Below are positions 49,992 to 64,000 of a stretch of 64,000 bases of DNA, in pieces; positions within the stretch are counted from its first letter, which is position 1, and every line of letters begins with the position of its first letter. The position numbers were made by a program, and so were the translations under genes. The stretch comes from Lama guanicoe (taxonomy: Eukaryota), in NCBI GenBank assembly GCA_013239625.1, contig MU053933.1:3401817-3465816 (forward strand). Direction: 5' to 3'. The notes beneath the pieces were generated by a model, which saw only the letters and a list, made by a program, of their open reading frames with translations, made no database searches and had not been told where the DNA came from.

Positions 49992-52900
49992 GTGAGGAGC
50001 GCGCTCCTCGCCCTGCCTGCCTGCCGACCTCCTGTGGAGGTCCTGTGTCGACGGTTTTATTCTGACAGAAGTAGAGGGCACGCTGGGACCGGCCCCCGAC
50101 GAGCTGTCGGTGCTTCTGCAGCTTGCCTGACCCACTGGGTGTGTGTGGATCGAAATTACTAAATCACTTTGAAAGTAAAGGGCAGACACACAACTGTATG
50201 ATCTCCGCTTTCTCCCCTTTTGTTACATTTTGCGGGGAGGTAATTAGGTTCACTGAAGTTTTTTTAAGTGGAGGCACTGGGGATTGAACCCAGGACCTTG
50301 TGCATGCTAAGCACGCGCTCTGCCGCTGAGGGTCCTCCCCTCGAACGTGTTACGCGTCAAGTTACTCCCTGTTCCGTGAATGTTTCGTTGGAGGTTTCCA
50401 ACGTTGTTAATAGCAGCATAGATTGGAGTGGGCTTTTCGGAAAGCAATCTGGCCAGTTAGTTGAAGTGAATATGGATTTTTAATCACTAGTGCTACATCT
50501 AAGGAAATAAATCAAAAGAAGAATGAAAATAACGTGTTTAATGTGCAATACAAAAATGTATTAGAGCGTCCACTTACTATATTCCCTAGTAGGATGTAAA
50601 ATGTTGACACCCTAAACACCAAACCACAGGTCACTGGCTTAGTGTGAATAGTCCTGAGCTGAACGGACTGATCTTTTTGTGGAAAAATGTGAAAGACTGT
50701 TTAGGACAAAAAAACAAGCAGAAAGAACAGAAGTAGGAAATTGCATCGATGTCGTGATTTAGCTCCATCGAAGTTGTGCATCTGGGTGTTGGTGCATTGG
50801 ATGGGATGAAAGAAATGGAAAGGAATTCACGTGACAGGGTGGAGACGTCTCAAGTCCCCGATTTCTCTGTCTTGGGACTGGCGACACGAGGTCTTTCAGG
50901 ATGAAGTCCACAGGCCTGTGGTCAGTTCGTGTTTCTGAGGTCATGTTCTCCAAATGTGTGTTTTCCCATTTTCAGAATCTGAAAGCAGGGGAAATTCCCC
51001 AGCCTGAATTTCCAGATGACTACAATTTGGGAGATATTTTCCTGGGAGTGGAGTATATATTCCAGCAGTGCAAGGAGGACGAGGATTACTATGACATCCT
51101 GACTGTAAGTGGGATGCTGAAATCACAGACCCTGACTGGCAAAACGACAGTCTGTGTCCTTCATCCAGGCCCTGGGAAGAGGTTGGGGCGGTGACACCGG
51201 CGGCCACAGTGTCATCCTCATGTAGGACAGGTTGGCGGGGAGACCTACAAGCCCGAGCAGCGCCCTTTCTCTTCATCCTTTGGAGAAAGGAGAGGCTTGG
51301 CGGGGGTCAGTATGTCCCTTGGCAGTGGGTGAGGGGAGAGGACAGGGAATATCTGTATGAACTATTGGAAAGTGGAAGCTCCCAGAGTGGCCTTGTTTTT
51401 GGCTTTTACATCTGGAGATCAGCAGACTATGTTTGGCCAGCTCAGGCCTGCTAAACACGCTTCTCACTAACTGCCCAAAGCGGACAGGATTCCAGCCTCC
51501 GGAGCTTTCAGACCTGTCTCCTCAGCTTGGTGAGGAAGTGAGGGGGTGGGGTTCTGAAAAGTAGCACACAATTGAATTATGTTTTCACTCCCTGATGGAT
51601 TCAATTGAGGTGTCCTTGTTCGGCTGACAGCCGCACCCTGACTTATCACCTGAGGGTCTCAGTGCTCCTGAGGCTTGCAGCAGAGCTCCCCTGTGAGGCC
51701 CCGTGAGCACAGGCATTGGGTTTGCTGGCAGGGGGATGTGCTTTCTTCTTGAGACTGGTGGGACCCCTGCACAGGTGGGACTGCTCAGCATGGGTCTTGA
51801 CTCTGGGATCTCTGTGGCCAGCAGCTGTGCACCCTTGGGAGGTCTGGGGCAGTTTTGTGGGCATCTGCTCCCCCCCCCACGCCTCCTGAAAATTCCGTAA
51901 CCTGCGGTGAAGGGCCAGCCCACAAGCCCTAGGACCATCCTCCCCCAGTGCAGGGCCCGGCCAGGCCACTCTCATCCCAGCTGGTGCCCAGCTGCACTTG
52001 GGCACCTTCTAATGGCCCCGGGTACCTCCCCCGGCCCCTGCCCTGGACCTCCGTGTGTCTACAGCTTCCCACCCAACTGCAGAGGAGCTCCTGATCTCCA
52101 CCCTTGCAATGGGGGGGGGGGTCTGGCCTGCCTGCTGCTCCTCATACCCAACCCATGACCTCACTGCTGGCCCGCAGCCCTGGGCCCAGGGGAGGGTTCC
52201 TATCCTCTCACCAGGTGTTCCCTGACCTTTGCCTGACTTCCCTCCTCCTCCTTCTCCTCCTCCTCCTCCTCCTCCCTGGCTTATAGCTTAGTCATGACCA
52301 CCCCCTGAGGCGGCTTTTTAATTGTTCTGACAGGTGACTGCCACCCACGGGCTCTGTCACCTGCTGGGCTTCACACACAGCACGGAGGCCGAGTGGCAGA
52401 AGGTAGGAGCCATCCCGTCCCCAACACATGCACGTGGGGGTACACTGCAGTGTGCACCGGACCCCAGGGACAGGGCTGCCTGGCCTGCCCCTTGCAGTCA
52501 TGTACAAAAACCAAATGGGGAGAAACAGTGAAATAAGGAATTTTATAAATGCCTGCTTTATAGAAAAAGTCTCACACTGTTTGTTTTAAATATTGGACTC
52601 CCCAAATGCTGTTGACTGCGTATTTATTCTCTATTGAAAGGAAGGTCTGAGGAGAGAGACTACGTTGTATAAATTCTATAAAATTCTAATGGCTTAAAGC
52701 TGAAAAGTCTTTACAGGAGACATTGTGATGATACTTGTCAGTTAGAAACAGGGTTTAGAATGTGCAGGTGTCTGATACAGACCCATCATGTAAAGCTACG
52801 TGGTGGTTTATTTCCCCAAAACGTATGAATGTTTACTCTGCTTATAAAGGTCTGTGTTGGTATGTTCACCACATTGTGTTTTATAAACTCAAATTGTATT

Positions 52901-53693
52901 TCTAATCAAACAGTTTCCCTGAAAGGAATAGGAAAACTTCATTAACAAAAAGAGTCTCGGGGGGGGGGTGGGTGTAGCTCAAGTGGTAGAGCGCACGCTC
53001 AGCACCCACGAGGTCCCGGGTTCCATCCCCAATACCTCCTCCATGCGGAAATCAGCCAAGAAACCTGATTACCTCCTCCTCGTTAAAAAAAAAAAAAAGA
53101 GTCTTGATGCAGTTGGCGTCTCCCCAGGCCTTCCTAGGTTGCTGAGTCCACACTGGTCACAGCCTGTCTGCCTCCCCACCCCCATCAGATGCTGACCTTA
53201 CAGCGGCCCCCTCACTCCCCTCCTCAGCCCCACCGCCGCCCCCACCCACAGACGGGCAGCACCTCCAGGAAAGCCTCAAGCGTGGCGGGCCCCCCGGGAC
53301 CCCAGCCCTCCCAGGTTTCCCCACCCACCTGCCCTTTCTCCCAGGAGGGGCCGTCCTCACACACACACACACCCACGTGCCTTCTGGGCCGGGCCACTTT
53401 GTCCAGCTGGCTCTCTTCGCAGCCATGACCACCACCTCAGCCCCCGCCCAGCCCTGGCCAGCTCCACCTTTCACACCACGAGCAGCACACGGCTGGAGAG
53501 CAGAACCAGGACCGTGGCCTCAGGCTGTAGGGGGGTTCCAAGCGGTTGCCCAGGGAGGCTGGGCCTCAGGGCAGGTCTGCAGCTGGTTTCCGCTCTGTCC
53601 TCTCAGATGTACCAGAAGGAGAAGCAGGTTCTCGAGGAGCTAAGCCGGCGCACGGGGACCAGGCTCCAGCCCCTGAGCAGGGGCCACTTCTGA
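49782..53693 (+). CDS. YBEY: Endoribonuclease YbeY (mitochondrial, UPF0054 family), 4 coding exons, 164 aa
   Basis: Exons 49782-49991, 50976-51104, 52334-52402, 53607-53693 (495 nt). Motifs: [21 protein letters not shown], and the metal-binding H-x3-H-x5-[12 protein letters not shown]. Confidence 0.96.
50218..50340 (-). mobile_element. tRNA-derived SINE (antisense) in YBEY intron
   Basis: ggggattgaacccaggaccttgtgcatgctaagcacgcgctct is the reverse complement of the SINE head; tail ggaggtaattaggtt matches the 52959 copy. Confidence 0.88.
50976..51104 (+). CDS. YBEY: YBEY coding exon 2
   Basis: [24 protein letters not shown]...DILT|gtaagt. Confidence 0.94.
52241..52275. repeat. (CTC)n simple repeat
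   Basis: cctcctcctccttctcctcctcctcctcctcctcc. Confidence 0.85.
52334..52402 (+). CDS. YBEY: YBEY coding exon 3 (metal-binding His triad)
   Basis: [23 protein letters not shown]|gtagga. Confidence 0.94.
52959..53093 (+). mobile_element. tRNA-derived SINE with poly(A) tail and TSD
   Basis: gtagctcaagtggtagagcgc...ggttccatcccc; TSD AAAAAGAGTCT at 52947-52957 and 53094-53104. Confidence 0.92.
53607..53693 (+). CDS. YBEY: YBEY last coding exon
   Basis: ctctcag|[31 protein letters not shown]. Confidence 0.92.
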   Translation: MYQKEKQVLEELSRRTGTRLQPLSRGHF

Positions 53694-53905
53694 CGACAGT
53701 GACACAGTATGAATGGAAGGTGAACCCCACCTTGGGCCCCAGGGATTGGGGGCTCCCCCAGACGGAGGCCCTGCTGGTCACTGCTGTCCGGGGGAGCCGC
53801 AGAAGTGCTGAACTCCATGAGTGGAACCTGACTGTTAAAGTGTAAGAGAAACGTCCACTCTTTCTTTGTTCAGAACACAACAAGTGCGTCATTTTCAGTA
53901 TCGTA

Positions 53906-53911
53906 AATAAA
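53906..53911 (+). terminator. YBEY polyadenylation signal AATAAA
   Basis: AATAAA about 210 nt after the YBEY stop. Confidence 0.7.
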
Positions 53912-55719
53912 GTAGCTCTGAACTCTCAGAAGGGAGTGATGCGGCCTGCGAGCCTCCTCCCTGGGCTCTGCCTTTGGTGAAGAGGAGTCTCTCTCCCACC
54001 CACGCAGCTGCTCAGAACAAAACAAGCAGCCAGGTGGGTGACCCCTCTCCAGTGCTGGAACCCTGTCAGAGTCCGTGCCTTCCAACTCTCAGGAGCGCTC
54101 AGACCTGGAGCCTTTGCTTGGTGCCTCTACAAGGAGGGGGACGCTACGGACCCCAGGAGGCGGCCAGGCCAGGCCGAGCCCACACCCGGTGACCCTCCGC
54201 AGTTGTCCTGCCGTGGCCCTGGCCCCGGCATGGCGGACCTCCCGCGCCCAGTTCCCCCTCCCACCCGCTGAGCTCCGACTGCACATCCTGACCTGACATG
54301 TAGGAGAGCCCCCCTCCCGTCAGCATGTTCTGCCTTCTGAATGTTAAACCCCGGATTTGTCACAGAGCTTTCCCCAGACCTGTGCGCGGCTCAGGGCCTC
54401 GTGGGTCGGGGCAGGCCGTGGAGGAGGCGGGTGCTGAGCCTGGACCCCCAGGTGCTGGTTTTGACCACAGTGCACAGATTCGTCAAGGAACTCCCAAGAG
54501 GTCAGGCAGTAAAACAGCAGCTCAGGGGCCCAATTTGGCCCTAAAGCTCAAGATACGACAACTCTGAGAATTTGGTTTTCTCCCGTGCATCAATTTTAGA
54601 AACAGGAAAACGCATTTCCCACTGGATTTGTGTCCTGACTGAGCCTGGACTTTCCCTGGGTGTCAGGGACATGAGTCACTGTTTACTGCATGGCCTGCTT
54701 TTAGCCAGTTAAGTTTGCTGTCAGTTTAAGTCTAAGTGAAGCAGACACCAAAGATAACCCCCCAAAGCTCTTTGCTCCTCGGGTATTTTTAAGGGACTGA
54801 GGGGGTCCTGAGACCTGGGTCCCGTCAGTGAGGAGTTTGGAGGCTCTGGGGGCCCAGAGGTGGAAGGTCCAGCTTTATAGGATGAGGCTTGTGAATGCTT
54901 CCGAGGGGCTGGGTCCCTCGTTCCCCCCTCACCAGCAGCCCATAGGAGTGGCCCTGTGGTCTTGCTACCGGCTCCCAGGTACCGAGTGACCTGGGTGTGC
55001 CCTGACCCTCCACTAGGACAGTGTCCCTGTGCGCCTCCTGTCACCAGTGACCCTTTGGAATTCCCACCACCAAGGAGGTAACTGTGTCTTATCCCCATTT
55101 TCTACTTTTTTTTTCTTATTAATTCAGGGGTGTTTTATGTATCATTGAGAAGAACCCTTATATTTTAAAGAGGACATGAGCAAGTGACCTGACCTGAATC
55201 TGAGAGAAGGCTGCCCCGCTGTCCGTCAGCAGCCGGGCCGCCTGCCCCTGGCCGCAGGGCCGTCAAGTTTCTCTATGTCATTCGTGCCCATTGCACCGGG
55301 GCCCACACTGCCGGATTCCAGAGCTCCCTGCAAACCCCGCAGTGCTGAGGCCCCTCTCCGGGAGTCATCTGGGCTCCCCGGCCCTTTACTCTCCAGTGTC
55401 TTCTAGATCCAGCTCCTGAGCACCGGACGCCCTGAGGTCACGTTACAATCACGTTAGGTCTGCAGGCCACTGAGCACTTGAAGGCTCCGGGCTGAGCCCA
55501 GGCAGTGCCTCTCACCCCACGGCCCTCAGCGTCTCGGTTAGGAGACCCTGCAGCACCCCGCCAGGACAAGGCATGGCCCGTAAAAAAAGATTTCCTCTGC
55601 TCACGACACTGCTGCCGCTCACTGCCAGGAGCGAGTGCAGACCCACGAGTTAAAAGACTGACCAGGCTGTGCTTCCTCCCACCACACTCTAGACCAGGGC
55701 ACCCACCGTACAGCCTCAC

Positions 55720-56830
55720 CAGAAATCAGGGTTCCCCCGACCCCTCCTCTAGTTCAGTAATTTTCTCGAATGGCCCACAGAACTCAGGGAGACCCTGGGT
55801 TACTGTGAAGGACACAGATGAAGAGGTCTGGGAGGGTCCCGAACACAGGGACTTCTGCCCCGTGGAGTTGGGTGTGTCCCCTTCCAGATGTGCTCACCAC
55901 CCATCTCCTCGGGGGTTTTGTGGAGGGTCTGTTACGAGGCCTCGCCATGGGTGATCAGCTCGCCTCCAGCCTCTCTCCCTCCCGAGGCTGGTGGGGCTGG
56001 AAGTCCCAGACTGCAAGCCGGGTGGCTCCTCCAGCGCCCAGCCCCGCCCTGCAGCTCTCCAGACGCCCGAGTCCCCTCCAGCACAATCTCAGGAGTTCGA
56101 TCTGTGCCAGGAAGCAGAACAGAACCAAGCGTGTCTCACTGAACCACTGCCTCACGCCACGCGAACCCCCACCGCGCCCCCACATCTGGACCTTGCCCCG
56201 CTCCAGGGCCTTGCTGGGGCTCAGGCAGCACCCAGCCTCTCCCAGATGCGGGAACAGGTTTCCTTCGTCCCTGTTGACCTGGCAAAGCCGGGTGTGCGGT
56301 GGGAGGAAGCACAGGTGTCGGTCTCTGCCCCCGGCTCCTGACACGGGGCTCCCGAAACCCTTGCAAATTTCCAAGTGACATGAGCACTAGGACTGTCTTG
56401 TGTCCTAATGAGGCGACTCGGGTCGGGGGGGCTCCTGGGTGGGGGCTGGTCTCAGCAGAGGGACCAAGTCAGGACTGGGACCTTGGCGCTTTCAGCCTCT
56501 CCCTACCCTCCTGAGTAGAGAAGTGCTGGAAATGGAGTTAACAGAGGAGCACCCCTGCAGGAGGAGCCGCCAGGACATCCCACTGGTCTGGGGCTCACGG
56601 AGCTTCCAGGTTGCTGAGCACGTCCACACTGGGAGGGTGATGTGCCCCAGGTCCACGGGAAGCACAGGTGACAACCTGACCTCGTGACTGGGGTATTGGG
56701 GGCGGTCACGTGGGACTGAGCCCTGAAGCTATGGAGTCTGACACCCTATCACCTGGAGATGGAGTCAGAATTGTACTGAACTGTAGGGCACCAGCTGGGT
56801 TACAGAGAACTGCTTGTTGTGGGGAAAACA
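55720..56830. mobile_element. LTR relics (MER21-like), two segments ~55720-56030 and ~56380-56830
   Basis: ggttcccccgacccc..gttcagtaatttt..acagaactcaggga and gtcagaattgtactgaactgtagggcaccagctgg..agaactgcttgttgtgggg motifs; family by recall. Confidence 0.5.
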
Positions 56831-57069
56831 GGTTTGGTGACAGAGTGAAGTGAAAGGAGGCACACAGGAGAGGAAGATGCAGGAGGGAGGAGCTGAGTTT
56901 TCCCTCCTCGGGACGGAGACAACTGAGTTCTAACTTACCAGGCTGTCCGAAGACAATTAACTTCCGTCCAGTGCCTCCCCTCTGTTAACTTAATAATTAT
57001 GTAGAGAAATAAAAGGAAAGTGAAAAGACGTTAGAAAAGTCAATGCAAAAAGGGAAATGAGGTCAGACC

Positions 57070-57075
57070 TTTAAT
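57070..57075 (-). terminator. Candidate C21orf58 poly(A) signal ATTAAA
   Basis: tttaat on plus; followed on the minus strand by a T-rich downstream element (about 57005-57057). Confidence 0.45.
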
Positions 57076-57895
57076 TGTACATTTAACCAGACACGCGGGT
57101 GTCGGGGACACACTGCGCCAGGCCTCCTGCGCTGCCTCACTGGGCAGCTCGCCCAGGGCCCGAGCAGCCTGGAGGGAGCCTGTGTGCAGCCAAAAGGCAA
57201 CTCCAAGGTCATCGCACTTCCTCTGATGGGCATTCTGGTGACTGTGAAGGTCCAGGGACGCAAGACCGGGATGGGCTCCTGCTGGTGTGGAACTTGGGAG
57301 CGAGACCATTTACCCCGAAAGGGGCCAGTGAGCACATGCATAGTGCTTAAAATGGCGTTCACATGAAAATTATATTAAAGCAACAAGGAAACAATTCCAC
57401 CAAGAGAAAAATTGAAAGAGTAGCAGAAAGTAGCATAGCGGTAGTGTGTTCCCTGGGGAGATGGGAGAACCGGGGCGGGGGAGCCGGCTGCCCTCCCTCG
57501 GCCCTCTCCAGGAGGGCCACACTAGTGTCCCTGTGTTCTACTTCCTGGAGGAGAAGCTGTGCAAGCCACCTTGCAGCTCTGTCCATGCACAGATCACACG
57601 GGGCACACACTGCAGCAGGGCTCATCCCCTGGGCCACACGTGCACACGGTTCCCCAGGCACCACGGCTGTGACTTTGTTCATGGCATTTTTCCCAGAGGA
57701 AGGTTTAAATTTTCCGTGGCTCAGCCTATCCACCTGTTCTCTCCTGGCCCCTGAGCCATCTCTTCCCACCCTCGCAGGCCTGCATCCAGGGACCCTCGAT
57801 GCCTGCTTTCCCCACCCCTGCCCCTACCCCCATACTGAGGGCTTCAAGCCGGATCCCCCTGAGGCCCTGCTGCTTACCCAAGCCCAGCCGAGGGG

Positions 57896-63894
<5,999 letters not shown>

Positions 63895-64000
63895 CTGAGG
63901 GAGCACATGCATCAGGGCTCGGCCCTCGCAGACCCGTCCCAGCGCCCCGGCCTCTCGCCCTGGGACCTGCATATACTGTCCTACAGAAGGAGGTAGGTGC

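Larger units (their letters stand above)
49110..50110. promoter_or_regulatory. CpG island / bidirectional promoter shared by MCM3AP and YBEY
   Basis: Very GC- and CpG-rich; lies between divergent start codons (48520 minus, 49782 plus); repeated CTTCCGG ETS-type motifs and GC boxes. Confidence 0.88.

Noticed and set aside
49158..50189. 343-aa minus-strand ORF and other long ORFs over the CpG island
   Set aside because: Arg/Ala/Gly/Pro-rich shadow frames caused by stop-codon scarcity in very GC-rich DNA; antisense to YBEY exon 1

Overview
Mammalian genomic DNA. The tRNA-derived SINEs suggest a cetartiodactyl, probably a camelid (inference). The window is syntenic with human 21q22.3. It contains: (1) the complete MCM3AP/GANP gene on the minus strand, with 28 coding exons reconstructed by hand through GT-AG junctions and consistent phases (5913 nt, 1970 aa); (2) the complete YBEY gene on the plus strand (4 coding exons, 164 aa), head-to-head with MCM3AP across a CpG island; (3) the 3' part of a C21orf58 orthologue on the minus strand, convergent with YBEY; and (4) a decayed LINE-1 at 1-9220 interrupted by a 3-kb composite retro-insertion with an exact 16-bp target-site duplication. 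Many L1, L2, MIR, LTR and SINE relics are also present. I found no convincing new biological system. The most interesting observations are non-autonomous or chimeric L1 derivatives, insertions abutting splice sites, a candidate uORF switch set by alternative 3' splice sites in the MCM3AP leader, a 22-bp promoter duplication, and an atypical C21orf58 junction. Comparisons to human proteins and repeat families are from memory and need alignment to confirm.
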